Source: an uncultured virus (IMG/VR IMGVR_UViG_3300010885_043927)
Lineage: Duplodnaviria; Heunggongvirae; Uroviricota; Caudoviricetes
IMG/VR virus record: IMGVR_UViG_3300010885_043927
DNA length: 64,000 bases
Direction: 5' to 3' (one strand)
The translations under genes were made by a program, and so were the position numbers. The first letter of the stretch is position 1. Each line of letters opens with the position of its first letter. Shown piece after piece: positions 10,135 to 21,419 of this stretch. A model generated the notes under the pieces. The model saw nothing but the letters and a program-made list of their open reading frames with translations, had not been told where the DNA came from and did no database searches.

Positions 10135-13100
10135 ATGTCTACAAACACTAATTTAGTAGGTTCTCCTTTAGATAGTAATGTTATTGATCAAATATCCGCA
10201 AGAGCTAATTTAAATACTCAAAATGGATTTAGGGAGGATAACAGTGCTGTATTCAGAAGTAGAAAGAATGCTTATTTAAAGCTTACCTCATTTGTTGAAG
10301 TAACAGATTCGGCATTAGCAGCTACTTTAGGAGGTACAGGGACAGACATAGCTAAAAAATGGTGTTTATTTAACGGACTGCATAATACTAATGGAGTAGG
10401 TCAAAAACCATTAGGTATGGAAGGGTACGGAGTAGGAGGATTATTAGAACTAGGAGTTAGACCTATGCCCGGACTTACCTCAGCAACTATAGAAGCTGCA
10501 GGAACAGGTGGATCTATTCAAATAGCTACAGTAAAGGCAAAAGCATGGACTTTAGAGCAATTATCTTATTTAGATGTGCTTTATATGAGATTAGGTTTTT
10601 CAGTACTTTTAGAATGGGGTCATGGAACTTATGTAGATAATAAAGGTAACACACAGATAAGTGAAAGCCCTATCGATATATTTAATAAATCTACTTCTTA
10701 TACTAAAGAGATTATCTTATCTGAACTAGCAAAAAAGAGAAAAAGGAGTTACGGTAATTACGATGGAATGTTAGGATTAGTAACTAACTTTTCTTGGGAA
10801 CAAACAGTAGATGGAGGTTATGATATTACTTTAAGCCTTACTGGTATTGGTAGTATTATTGAATCTTTAAAAATCAACGGAACTGAAACTATACCTGACA
10901 TAGTACCTGCCGCAGCTCCAGGAGCAAATAGTCCTGCTATTTCTACAGTAGCAACAAAGAAAGTAAGTTCTTCTTTAGAGACCTTTTTATCTTTTACTAA
11001 AAATATAGCTTTACAAAATAAATCTCAGGCTGATTTTCGTAAGTATATGGAGTATACTTTTAAATTTGGTTTGAATCTACTTAGACAATCTAATTCTACT
11101 GCGACACAGTCAGACTTAGTAGAAGGATTCAAAAGAGGATTCAACGTAGAGTATATGGAAGATAAAACCGATGCTCCTTCTGTAGATTTCTCAACCCTTG
11201 CTACATACACTAAAGTAAACTTTGTTACAGGCCAAAATCAAAAATTAGATTTTGTTTACATACCACTCGGATTACTACTAGCCTACATAAATAATTCTTG
11301 TGTATTTTACGATAAACAAAAAAATAACGTAAGACCTATAATTTATATAGATTTTAATCCTGAGACTAACTTTTGTTTTAGAATGCCTCAGCAGTTTTCT
11401 ATAGATCCTAGAGTTTGTTTAGTAGATCTAGGCTGTACCGACGAGGACTTTAATATGTTATTTACCTCTAGGAATGTTAACCCTGCTACAATCCAGAACA
11501 AGTTTACCCAAGCTACAAATGATTTAACTAATAACGTCTATAATAATCAAGGGCTTGCTGAATACCAGGATTCTAAAGTAAAATCAGGTACTAGAGGTAA
11601 GCTAATGAATATATTAGTTAATGTAGATAAGGTTTTAGAAATAGCTGAAAGTTTAAGAGATACTAAAACTTCTAACGTCTATTTAGGTTCTTTTCTAAAA
11701 GAGCTACTTGGTCAAATTAGCAAAGCTTTAGGAAGTATAAATAACTTTACGATAGGGTATAATGATGTTTCTAACGTAATAAGGATTTACGACGACCAAT
11801 TAGTAGACTCTGATTCTGGTCCTGCAGCCAATAACCTACCTACTCTACCGATTTTCGGACTTTCTTATATAATGAGAAATTTCTCTTTAAAGACAGAAAC
11901 TAGTACTCGAATAGGTAGTTTACTAGCTATTACAGCTATGGCTGGGGAAAGACGTCCTGTTGCCGGTAACGAAGATGGATCAGCGTTTACTGCGTTAAAC
12001 AGTAGACTAAGGGATAGGTTAATGCCGGTAAGAGAATCAATTGTAACTGAAGCATCAGGTAGTTTAGAATCTACTAATTCAGAGAACATTGACGGTTTAA
12101 CGGATTCAGCTAATTTATTTAATAATCATATTAGAAATATTTATGCATTAACTGGATTTAACGTTGGTGACATAGAAACCTGTATTCAGTATTATCCTGA
12201 AACATTGAACAGTTTAAAAACTGAACTAGTAAATAAGAATGGAAATAATGTAGTAGAGGCAAACGATGTTACAGCAAGAGGTATACTTCCTCTAGCAGCT
12301 AATTTTACATTAGATGGATTAAGCGGTATAAAGTTATATCAAGCATTTATATTACCATTAGACAGATTACCTGCCCAATATAAAGAAGGTAATAAAACTA
12401 GAATAGGATTTACTGTATATGGGCTCTCTCATACTATAGAAAATCAAGAATGGGTCACAGCTGTACGTTCAATGATGATAAATATTCCGTTACAGACCGG
12501 ACGAGTATCTTCTAGTTTTAGACGTAAAGGAGGTAGAACACCTAGACCGGCTGGGGGCTCAGGAGCTCCCCAACCTCCTCCTAATGCTGTATCTTCTTTT
12601 AATTTTACTATACCTGTATCAAAACCTTACTTTTTCAGCAGTTTTATTTACCGGGCTCAAACTAAACAGTATAGAACTCCTGTTAATTTTAGGTCAGCAC
12701 ACGAAGGTATAGATATTATAGGCCCTAATTTAGGAAATGTAAATACAACATTAAGTAATATACTAGGGGGAAATGGAACTACAGGGGATATGATTTTTGC
12801 TATAGGAGACGGAACTGTTACTAGAGCAGGAGCTGTTTCGGGTTTTGGGTACGCAATCTTTATAAATCATGTAGTAAACAGTATTAACTATACTTCGGTA
12901 TACGGACATATGCCTTTAAAGAGTATTGAAGTAAACGTTAATGAGAAAGTTACTAAAGCCCAACATATAGCTTATATAGGAAACGAAGGAGCCTCTAAAG
13001 GATACCATTTACATTTTGAATTATGGGAAGGTGATTTTAAAACAGGTAAACTTCTAGACCCTGTAGATTATTTACCTTTCTTTCAATTAGACGGAGGTAA

Positions 13101-13143
13101 TGTAGCAAGTCAAGTAATGAACACTAAAATTCAATACAGTTAA
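10135..13143 (+). CDS. Baseplate hub-like protein with C-terminal M23 peptidase
   Basis: LLEWG hub-like N-terminus; HEGID, YGHM and GYHLHFE M23 motifs. Confidence 0.75.
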   Translation: MSTNTNLVGSPLDSNVIDQISARANLNTQNGFREDNSAVFRSRKNAYLKLTSFVEVTDSALAATLGGTGTDIAKKWCLFNGLHNTNGVGQKPLGMEGYGVGGLLELGVRPMPGLTSATIEAAGTGGSIQIATVKAKAWTLEQLSYLDVLYMRLGFSVLLEWGHGTYVDNKGNTQISESPIDIFNKSTSYTKEIILSELAKKRKRSYGNYDGMLGLVTNFSWEQTVDGGYDITLSLTGIGSIIESLKINGTETIPDIVPAAAPGANSPAISTVATKKVSSSLETFLSFTKNIALQNKSQADFRKYMEYTFKFGLNLLRQSNSTATQSDLVEGFKRGFNVEYMEDKTDAPSVDFSTLATYTKVNFVTGQNQKLDFVYIPLGLLLAYINNSCVFYDKQKNNVRPIIYIDFNPETNFCFRMPQQFSIDPRVCLVDLGCTDEDFNMLFTSRNVNPATIQNKFTQATNDLTNNVYNNQGLAEYQDSKVKSGTRGKLMNILVNVDKVLEIAESLRDTKTSNVYLGSFLKELLGQISKALGSINNFTIGYNDVSNVIRIYDDQLVDSDSGPAANNLPTLPIFGLSYIMRNFSLKTETSTRIGSLLAITAMAGERRPVAGNEDGSAFTALNSRLRDRLMPVRESIVTEASGSLESTNSENIDGLTDSANLFNNHIRNIYALTGFNVGDIETCIQYYPETLNSLKTELVNKNGNNVVEANDVTARGILPLAANFTLDGLSGIKLYQAFILPLDRLPAQYKEGNKTRIGFTVYGLSHTIENQEWVTAVRSMMINIPLQTGRVSSSFRRKGGRTPRPAGGSGAPQPPPNAVSSFNFTIPVSKPYFFSSFIYRAQTKQYRTPVNFRSAHEGIDIIGPNLGNVNTTLSNILGGNGTTGDMIFAIGDGTVTRAGAVSGFGYAIFINHVVNSINYTSVYGHMPLKSIEVNVNEKVTKAQHIAYIGNEGASKGYHLHFELWEGDFKTGKLLDPVDYLPFFQLDGGNVASQVMNTKIQYS

Positions 13144-13144
13144 A

Positions 13145-13795
13145 ATGAAATACTACCCATCTAGTAGAATCGTTACTGGTTATAAAACTAATGGTACTGA
13201 GTTTACAGTAGACGGAGTACCGTATACGGGACCTTACTACAAAACTTTTGATAATAAAGCCCTTGCAGGCTATAACCCTGTTGTCGGTTCAAACAAGCTA
13301 TTAGTACCGATTAAAATTTTAAACACAGGAACAGACTCAAGTGCCGGGAATACGTTTATTAACTCAGATATAACCGCTTTTAACGAATCAGCAGACTATC
13401 TAGCTAGTAGAAAAATTAACCCAGTTGATTTAGGTGAGTTTAAACAGCCAATACCTTATTATCCTAACCCTACTTTAAAAGACTACAGTAAAGGCTTTAT
13501 TATGAGGTATTTTTGCAAAAAACGAAATTTAGAAGGGGGAATAGTTGAAGTGAATAAAGAAACATTTTTATCTTTACAAGACGTAAGTAGCGAATATGAC
13601 TACATAGCTAACATAGCTATAGATCTCTTCTGGCAAATATCAGGACCATTAAATGATTACGTACAGACTAATGGTGTTAGGGTATCTGGAATAATTGATA
13701 CAAATAAACGATTAGTAGCGTCTAAGTCCATTAAGTTTAGAGGTTTAGAAGAGTTCATAGGAGGTAACTATACTAAATTTGCTAAACCTAGATAG
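13145..13795 (+). CDS. Hypothetical virion protein
   Basis: 216 aa ORF closing the tail operon. Confidence 0.7.
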   Translation: MKYYPSSRIVTGYKTNGTEFTVDGVPYTGPYYKTFDNKALAGYNPVVGSNKLLVPIKILNTGTDSSAGNTFINSDITAFNESADYLASRKINPVDLGEFKQPIPYYPNPTLKDYSKGFIMRYFCKKRNLEGGIVEVNKETFLSLQDVSSEYDYIANIAIDLFWQISGPLNDYVQTNGVRVSGIIDTNKRLVASKSIKFRGLEEFIGGNYTKFAKPR

Positions 13796-13807
13796 TTAAA
13801 GTTACTT

Positions 13808-13879
13808 TTACTAAATTAAGGTTTATGTTCAAAGGTTTTAAATTAATCGGTTATATTCTTACTAAATTAAGGTTCATGT
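13808..13879 (+). repeat. 21-bp direct repeat, each copy including an ATG
   Basis: TTACTAAATTAAGGTT(T/C)ATGT at 13808-13828 and 13859-13879. Confidence 0.8.
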
Positions 13880-15195
13880 ATTATATCGTTGAAACATCAG
13901 AACAGTTAGCTAAGTTAAAACCAAGTGAAGACTGTTTTATAGATATTATAACATTAAACGACAATTTCCATCCTGCTATTAATTCTATATCTGTTTTATA
14001 CTACCATAACAGACAGAAAGGCTATATTCTCCCAGTAAATCATTCCGAAGCATTAAGCTTACCTATTCTTGAAATACAAGCTTTTTTAGATAATCACGAC
14101 AGAGTATTCTGTTTAGATAGTAAACTTACCAGATACTATATTACTACAGATAACTTACAAGACCTTTCCCAGATAATGATAGATGAGATATCTAAGTTAC
14201 CTGATTTATATTGCGATACGAAAATACAAAGAGATCTTTATACTAGGCTTTACCACAAGAAGGACTTAAATAGAGTAATACCTATTTCTAAACTATATGA
14301 AAAATAAGAATGCCTTTATGAAAAAGTAAAGCCCTACATGAAGGAAGAAGGGACAGGTTCGGTAGTTAAGAGAATAGAGAAAGTATACAGAAGTATTGAA
14401 TGTAGAGGAATTAGAGTAGATGAAAAAATATTAGATAAGTACTTTGAAACTAAATGGAAGCCCTACTCTATCCACGATGGATTACTTTATTCTTATTACA
14501 ACCTACATAACATTACCGGTAGACCTACCAACTCATTTAATACAGTAAATTTTTTAGCATTAAATAAAGATAATGGCTGTAGAGAAGCATTCTTACCTAT
14601 TAATAATGCATTTGTAGAGTACGACTTTGAAGGATACCACCTTAAATTAATAAGTAAACTTATCCGGTTTGATTTCAACTCATCCGAATCTATACATACA
14701 GTTTTAGGTAGGATGTATTTCAACGTAGAGGAATTAACTTAAGATCAATACAAGCAGTCAAAAGAGCTTAGTTTTAAACAGATCTACGGGGGTATCTCCG
14801 ATGACTATAAGAATATACCATTCTTCAAAAAGATAAGCGCATTCATTGAGCAATTATGGGAGACGTATAGTTTAAATGGGTACCTTGACTTACCTACCGG
14901 TAGAAGATTGAGAAGTATAGAGGGAATGTATCCACAGAAGCTTTTTAATTATTATTTGCAAAATTGTGAAACAATTAGTAACCTGTTTTTACTAGAGAGT
15001 ATACAAGATTATTTGAAAGACAAGAAAAGTTTTATAACTTTAGTGGTGTATGATTCTATTCTTATTGATTTTAATTTTGAAGACGGAAAGGAAGTTTTAA
15101 CGACGATTAAAGATATCATATACAAAAAAGGCTTAACTAGTAAAGTTAAGTACGGCTCAAATTATAACTCTCTTAGAAAAACAAACTATTTATGA
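13876..15195 (+). CDS. Short divergent family A DNA polymerase-like protein; in-frame TAA at 14305 and 14740
   Basis: Three track ORFs share one frame; TGRP, EYDFEGYH, KELSFKQIYG, NYYLQ, VVYDSIL. Confidence 0.75.
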
Positions 15196-15626
15196 TAGTA
15201 GAAAAAGAATTCACGTTACAGGAAATTATGAACAAACTGTTCTGTACTTTCTCCCCAAAAGAAGATTTAGATTCAATACTAGAAGGGATAAAGAGCCATT
15301 ACACTATATTATACGATAAAGTATTCGTTTTAGAGTCACCAGATTCAGACGAGTTTTTATGTACGTATAATATTGACCCAAATAATTCCAGTTTCAAGAT
15401 ATTACCTAATACAATCCTTTTGCATCGTAAAAAGGAAACTAATACTCTGTACACCATTAACGCACTTAATCTTTTGATTAAAGAATTAAACGGTGGTGTT
15501 TTAGATCCAAATTATCGTATAGTTTGGCCAGACTTCAAAAATACAGTTCTACTAACACAAGGTCCGGATTTAAGAAAAATCCATACTAAAGTGCACAGTA
15601 TAGTAGAAGCTACTGTAAAAGCTTAG
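15192..15626 (+). CDS. Hypothetical protein coupled to the Pol-like gene
   Basis: ATGA overlap; HRKKETNTLYTINALN. Confidence 0.75.
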   Translation: MIVEKEFTLQEIMNKLFCTFSPKEDLDSILEGIKSHYTILYDKVFVLESPDSDEFLCTYNIDPNNSSFKILPNTILLHRKKETNTLYTINALNLLIKELNGGVLDPNYRIVWPDFKNTVLLTQGPDLRKIHTKVHSIVEATVKA

Positions 15627-15657
15627 TATATTTAGTTTTACATTTAAATAATTAGTT

Positions 15658-16473
15658 ATGGATTTATCACAAATCAAATCAAAGCTGTCTTCCTTGCAGA
15701 CAAGACAAACAGGCCCAAAGAACGATTTAGCAAAAATTATCTGGAAGCCATCTGTTGGTAAACATTCTATTAGAATGATACCTTCTATGTACGATAAAGC
15801 TAACCCTTTTAAAGAGATTACTTTTCATTACGGGGTAGGCGCAAAGACTATGATATCTTTGCAGAATTTCGGCGAAAAAGACCCTATAGTTGAATTCGCT
15901 AATGAGTTACGTAAAGCCAGTGACCAAGATAGTCGCGATTTAGCTAAAAAACTTAGCCCTAAAATGCGGGTATTTGCACCTATTGTTGTAAGAGGAGAAG
16001 AAGATAAAGGAGTAAGGTTATGGGAATTCGGTAAAGAAGTCTACATGGAATTACTTTCTATCGCTGAAGACGAAGACGTACAAGACTATACTGACCCAGT
16101 AACAGGTAGAGACTTAACTATCGACACTGTAGGCCCAGATCAATCAGGTAGATCGTTTAATAAGACGACCGTCAGGGTACGTACAAAGACAACAGCCTTG
16201 TCAGAGAACTCTCAAGAAGTTCAAAGATGGATGACTGAGCAACCAGAACCTTTAACCTTGTTTAAAAAGCATTCATACGATGAAATGAAGTCTGCTTTAC
16301 TTAGCTGGTTAAATCCTGATGATACTACTACAGCAACAGTTACATCTGAACCTGAAGTAGAAGCACCTAAGACTAGTTACACTTTAGATGTAAAAGCAAA
16401 GAAAGCAGATATTGATGCTGATTTTGCTACTTTATTTGGTGAGGCACCAAACAGTGAAGGTGCACCGTTTTAA
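15658..16473 (+). CDS. Single-stranded DNA-binding protein (T4 gp32-like)
   Basis: WKP..GKH.IR, LWEFGKEVY, D.TDP..GRDL and acidic tail. Confidence 0.8.
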   Translation: MDLSQIKSKLSSLQTRQTGPKNDLAKIIWKPSVGKHSIRMIPSMYDKANPFKEITFHYGVGAKTMISLQNFGEKDPIVEFANELRKASDQDSRDLAKKLSPKMRVFAPIVVRGEEDKGVRLWEFGKEVYMELLSIAEDEDVQDYTDPVTGRDLTIDTVGPDQSGRSFNKTTVRVRTKTTALSENSQEVQRWMTEQPEPLTLFKKHSYDEMKSALLSWLNPDDTTTATVTSEPEVEAPKTSYTLDVKAKKADIDADFATLFGEAPNSEGAPF

Positions 16474-16489
16474 TTAACTAAAATCAACT

Positions 16490-17626
16490 ATGTCGAATCA
16501 AATATTAGGAAGCGAATTCCGAGAGGATAGTGAGTCCGCGGAAGTCAACGAAAAGAAGCAAGGTAAGAAATCTCTTAACGCTGCTGTTTCGGAAGCCATA
16601 AAAGGGCCATTTAATCTAGATAGGTTTAAGAAGACAAAGAATCTCTCTTCTTCTTCCGTAAAGTTTAAAGAGCAATTATGGATTCCAATATCTAAAGCTT
16701 TCCAAGAAGCATTATCTATACCAGGAATTCCGAAAGGTCATATTACCCTATTAAGAGGTCATTCAGATACCGGGAAGACTACTGCATTATTAGAAGGAGC
16801 AGTTTCTGCTCAGAAAATGGGTATTTTACCTGTGTTTATCATTACGGAAATGAAATGGTCTTGGGAACATGCTAAGACTATGGGATTACTTTTTGATGAG
16901 GTTTTAGACGAGAATGGAGCTGTAATTGACTATAATGGATTTTTTATCTATGCAGATAGAGAAAAATTAAATACGATAGAAGATGTATCTGCTTTTGTAT
17001 TAGATCTTTTAGACGAGCAGAAAAAAGGAAACTTGCCTTATGAATTATGCTTCTTCTGGGATAGCGTAGGTAGTATTCCCTGTAGGTTATCAGTTGAATC
17101 TAATAAGAATAATAACGAATGGAATGCTGGAGCAATGTCTCAGCAATTTGGTAACTTCGTTAATCAGAAAATTGTTTTATCTAGAAAAGAAAACCAACCT
17201 TATACAAATACATTTGTAGCTATTAATAAGGTATGGGTAGCTAAAGCAGAAACAGTAATGTCACAACCTAAAATGAAAAACAAAGGAGGTGATACAATGT
17301 ACTTTGATGCTTCTTTAATTATTACTTTTGGGAATGTAACTAGTAGCGGTACAAATAAGATAAAAGCTACTAAGAACGGTAAGGACGTAGAGTTTGCAAA
17401 ACGTACCAAGATTAGTTGTGATAAGAACCACGTAACGGGTATAACTACTCTGAATAAAGTAATTATGACTATTCACGGATTTATCCCTGATACACCTTCT
17501 GCACTTAATAACTACAAGAAGGCACATTCAAAAGAGTGGTTAGGAGTCTTAGGTTCTGAAGATTTTGATATAGTAGTAGAGACAGAAGAAGAAAGCAGAG
17601 ATATTTTCGATACATCAGATGAATAA
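16490..17626 (+). CDS. uvsX: RecA/UvsX-like recombinase
   Basis: Walker A GHSDTGKT; FFWDSVG; KGG..M.F.AS. Confidence 0.85.
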   Translation: MSNQILGSEFREDSESAEVNEKKQGKKSLNAAVSEAIKGPFNLDRFKKTKNLSSSSVKFKEQLWIPISKAFQEALSIPGIPKGHITLLRGHSDTGKTTALLEGAVSAQKMGILPVFIITEMKWSWEHAKTMGLLFDEVLDENGAVIDYNGFFIYADREKLNTIEDVSAFVLDLLDEQKKGNLPYELCFFWDSVGSIPCRLSVESNKNNNEWNAGAMSQQFGNFVNQKIVLSRKENQPYTNTFVAINKVWVAKAETVMSQPKMKNKGGDTMYFDASLIITFGNVTSSGTNKIKATKNGKDVEFAKRTKISCDKNHVTGITTLNKVIMTIHGFIPDTPSALNNYKKAHSKEWLGVLGSEDFDIVVETEEESRDIFDTSDE

Positions 17627-18662
17627 ACGCTATGCAGATATTATAGCTAATCTCAAAGAAGAAAAAGAGACAGATATTCATATTAATGACAATGTATTAA
17701 TTGTAGATTCTCTAAATACTTTTTTAAGAAACTTTGTAGTGATACACCATTTAAACCCTGCCGGTAACCATATCGGCGGGTTAACTGGGTTTTTAAAATC
17801 GTTAGGGTATATTATTAGGTTAACAGCTCCAACAAGAGTTATTCTTGCATTTGATGGAATTGGTGGTAGTACTAATAAAAGATATCTTTATCCTGATTAC
17901 AAAGCTAATAGAACTACTAAGAGAATTACTAACTGGGATGGATTTGATTCTAAAGACGAAGAAGCAGAATCTATAACAAATCAAATAATTAGACTAATAT
18001 CTTACCTTCAATGCCTTCCTGTTGATTTAATTATTATAGATAAAATAGAAGCAGATGACGTAATAGGTTATATAGCTAAAAAGCTACCCAAGAAAGTAAC
18101 CATAATGTCTTCTGATAAAGATTATATTCAGTTAATAGACGAGAATATTACAGTATACTCACCTGTTAAGAAAAAATTCTACTACCCAGAAACAGTAAAA
18201 GAAGAATTCGGGGTAGAAGCTGTTAATTACCTGAATTATAAAATTTTAATGGGGGATGATTCTGACAATGTACCAGGAGTGCGAGGTATAGGTAAGAAAA
18301 CGATTCTCTCTTTGTTTCCCGGGTTATCTAATAAAAGACGTATGAGTCTTAACGAATTGCTAGATATAAGCGAGAATCAAAGGAATGAGAAGAGAGCATA
18401 CGAAAATATCGTTAATTTTAAACATCAATTAATCGTTAACGAGAAACTAATGGATTTACATAATCCAAACATTCCGGATGATGCATTAGAAGAAATCAAC
18501 GAAATGCTTATTACCCCAAACCAATTATTGAATAAGAAAGCTTTTTTATATCTTTACAAAGAAGATAAGTTAGAAAATTCGATACCAAATACAGAGATGT
18601 GGTTATTTGATAATTTTAATAAGTTACAGCATTACAAATTAGACTATGAGCAAAACACTTAA
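17619..18662 (+). CDS. 5'-3' exonuclease / flap endonuclease (phage RNase H)
   Basis: YPDYKANR, EADDVIG, SSDKDYIQL, GDDSDNVPGV.GIG.KT. Confidence 0.92.
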   Translation: MNKRYADIIANLKEEKETDIHINDNVLIVDSLNTFLRNFVVIHHLNPAGNHIGGLTGFLKSLGYIIRLTAPTRVILAFDGIGGSTNKRYLYPDYKANRTTKRITNWDGFDSKDEEAESITNQIIRLISYLQCLPVDLIIIDKIEADDVIGYIAKKLPKKVTIMSSDKDYIQLIDENITVYSPVKKKFYYPETVKEEFGVEAVNYLNYKILMGDDSDNVPGVRGIGKKTILSLFPGLSNKRRMSLNELLDISENQRNEKRAYENIVNFKHQLIVNEKLMDLHNPNIPDDALEEINEMLITPNQLLNKKAFLYLYKEDKLENSIPNTEMWLFDNFNKLQHYKLDYEQNT

Positions 18663-20033
18663 TCAATTATCAGCTTACGGGGTAGGTTTCCAGGTAAAGG
18701 TTCTTAACTCTCTATTAAAAAATAAAGAATTTCTTATTAACATTAACGATATTTTAGAAGCGGAATCTTTTATAATCCCGCTCATAAATGGATAGTAGAA
18801 GAAACCCTTTTATTTTATACTCTATACCATACTACACCTTCTTTAGATTTTTTAAGCGTAGAGGTAAAAAAAATTGAGAATGAAGTTTTACGAGTTTCTA
18901 TTGTAGAACAATTAAAAGAAGCCTATAAAATTACTAATGACGATAAAGAGTTCGTTGAACAAGAGTTTGCTAATTTTTGTAGAAACCAACAGCTGAAAAA
19001 AGCTCTATTTTTATCAGTAGAATTATACTAGAAAGGTGATATAGATAGCATTTGGGGTCTAATGGATAAAACCAGAAAGGCTGGTACTGAAAAAAATATA
19101 GGGCACGAGTATAACATTGATATAGAAAGCCGTTATAGGATAGAAGAACGTTCTCCTATACCTACTGGTTGGTCTATTATAGACGAGCTTCTAGGAGGAG
19201 GATTAGGATCAGGAGATTTAGGTTTAATTTTCGGTAATCCTGGAGGTGGTAAATCTTGGTGTTTAGTAGCTATAGGGGCTATGGCAGTAAAGTTAGGGTA
19301 TAACGTTATATATTATACTTTAGAATTATCAGAAACCTATGTAGGAAAACGTTTTGATGCATGTTTTACAGGTATTGATACTGATAAGGTTGCTTTTAAT
19401 AGAGAGAGCGTAGAAAAAGTAGTTACAGGATTACCAGGAAAGCTTATAGTTAAAGAATATTCACCCGGCAAAGTAGGAATATCTACTTTAGAATCTCATA
19501 TTCAAAAATGTACTGATTTAGGAAACAAACCAGATTTAGTACTAATTGACTACGTTGATTTACTTAGATCTAAAAAGACAAATAGAGAGAAGAAAGACGA
19601 AATAGATGATGTCTATACAGCAACTAAAGGATTAGCTAGAGATTTAAAAATTCCTATTTGGACTGTTTCACAGGTAAATAGAATGGGTGCAAAGGATGAT
19701 ATAATAGAAGCAGATAAAGCAGCAGGTTCATACGATAAAATTATGATTGCTGATTTTGCTTTATCTTTATCTAGAAAACGTCAAGATAAAGTTAACGGAA
19801 CCGGACGTATACATTTAATGAAGAACAGGTACGGAATGGACGGAATGACTTACTCAGCTAAAATCAATACAAGCATTGGTCATATTGAAATAAGTACAAG
19901 TGAATTAGACGATTCAATGTTTAGTCCTCCTGGCTCTCCTCAACAAACATCGGGGAGTAACTCTTTTGCTAACTTTAGTAGAGATGATAGGGAGGTATTA
20001 AGTAAAAAATTCTTTGAGTTAAGTTCATTATAA
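18646..20033 (+). CDS. dnaB: DnaB-like replicative helicase; deletion near 18771 and TAG at 19029
   Basis: GNPGGGKS, IDYVDLL, SQVNR and KNRYG; N-terminal half continues upstream. Confidence 0.88.
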
Positions 20034-20068
20034 TTGACAAACTTATATTTATCTAAAAGAGGCTATCT

Positions 20069-20311
20069 ATGAACATTTTAGAACTATTTAAATCATCTTC
20101 CAAGAATTCAAATACCGCACCAGGTAAGGCATCAAAAAATTCTGCTAGTTCTTACATTAAAGCCCTGTTTCAATCTAAAAATAAAGGTGTATTGGTTAAT
20201 ACAGCAGGTAGGGAAACTCCATATAGTTTACCCCACAACGACCTAGCTAAATTCCAGTCTAAGTACGATCTACCTAAACCACCAGTAAAGTACACAGATT
20301 CCATTAAGTAA
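20069..20311 (+). CDS. Small basic hypothetical protein
   Basis: 80 aa ORF after TATTTATC at 20046. Confidence 0.6.
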   Translation: MNILELFKSSSKNSNTAPGKASKNSASSYIKALFQSKNKGVLVNTAGRETPYSLPHNDLAKFQSKYDLPKPPVKYTDSIK

Positions 20312-20342
20312 GTAAAATTTTTTTTAAATAATTCTATTTTAG

Positions 20343-20373
20343 TTGTCTAATTTAGTCGTATTTTCTATCTTTA
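20343..20373 (+). promoter_or_regulatory. Bacteroidota sigma-A-like promoter
   Basis: TTG-N20-TATCTTTA upstream of nrdB. Confidence 0.5.
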
Positions 20374-20392
20374 AAAAATAAATCTTTTAACT

Positions 20393-21376
20393 ATGAGTTT
20401 AATCGAAGAACGAGTTGTCTATAAGCCTTTTGAGTATCCTAAGGCATATGATTACTGGTTAAAACAGCAGCAAGCACATTGGCTTCATACTGAAGTGCCG
20501 ATGTCCCAAGATATAACAGATTGGAATTCAAATTTAAAAGATAACGAAAAGAACGTTATAGGAGGAATTTTAAAAGGCTTTGCCCAGACGGAAACTGTAG
20601 TTAATGATTATTGGACTGGGTTAGTAACAAAATGGTTTAGAAAGCCGGAAGTCATTATGATGGCTACTACCTTTGGTTCCTTTGAAACTATTCATGCTGA
20701 AGCATATTCTCTTTTAAACGAACAATTAGGCTTAGATAACTTTGATGAGTTTATGGAAGATGAAGCAACAAAAGCTAAAATACAGTCTTTAATGAATGTT
20801 GCAAGTAGTCATGATGGTAAAAAAGACTGGCATGAAATTGCTAAATCTCTAGCTATCTTTTCAGCATTTACAGAAGGAGTAAACTTATTTTCTTCTTTCG
20901 CTGTTTTACTCTCTTTTAAGATGAGAAATAAACTTAAAGGAGTAGGCCAAATAGTAGAATGGTCAGTAAGAGACGAATCATTACATTCAGAAGCTGGTTG
21001 TTGGTTATTTAGAGAGCTTGTTGGTGAAAATCCTAAACTACTTTCACCTATATTAATAGACGAAATAGAGACTGCTGCTAGACTAGCTATTAAATTGGAA
21101 TTCGATTTTATCGATAAAGTTTTTGAAATGGGCGATTTAGAGAATTTATCTAAGGAAGACTTAAAAAACTTTATTAAACATAGAGTAAATACTAAGATGG
21201 GAGATTTAGGTTTAAAACCTTTAATACCTTCTAGCGAAATAGATAAAGGAGCATTAAAGACTATGAAATGGTTTGATGCTGTTATAGCTGGTAAACAGCA
21301 AACAGACTTTTTTGCGAATAGAGTAACAAATTATTCAAAAGGTCATATGTCGTGGGACTCTTCTGCTGTTTTCTAA
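20393..21376 (+). CDS. nrdB: Ribonucleotide reductase class I beta subunit
   Basis: ETIHAEAY, EGVNLFSSF, RDESLH, DFFANRVTNY. Confidence 0.96.
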   Translation: MSLIEERVVYKPFEYPKAYDYWLKQQQAHWLHTEVPMSQDITDWNSNLKDNEKNVIGGILKGFAQTETVVNDYWTGLVTKWFRKPEVIMMATTFGSFETIHAEAYSLLNEQLGLDNFDEFMEDEATKAKIQSLMNVASSHDGKKDWHEIAKSLAIFSAFTEGVNLFSSFAVLLSFKMRNKLKGVGQIVEWSVRDESLHSEAGCWLFRELVGENPKLLSPILIDEIETAARLAIKLEFDFIDKVFEMGDLENLSKEDLKNFIKHRVNTKMGDLGLKPLIPSSEIDKGALKTMKWFDAVIAGKQQTDFFANRVTNYSKGHMSWDSSAVF

Positions 21377-21419
21377 CTAAGCTAGTAAGAGATACTACTA
21401 AAAGTTATTATATAGATAT

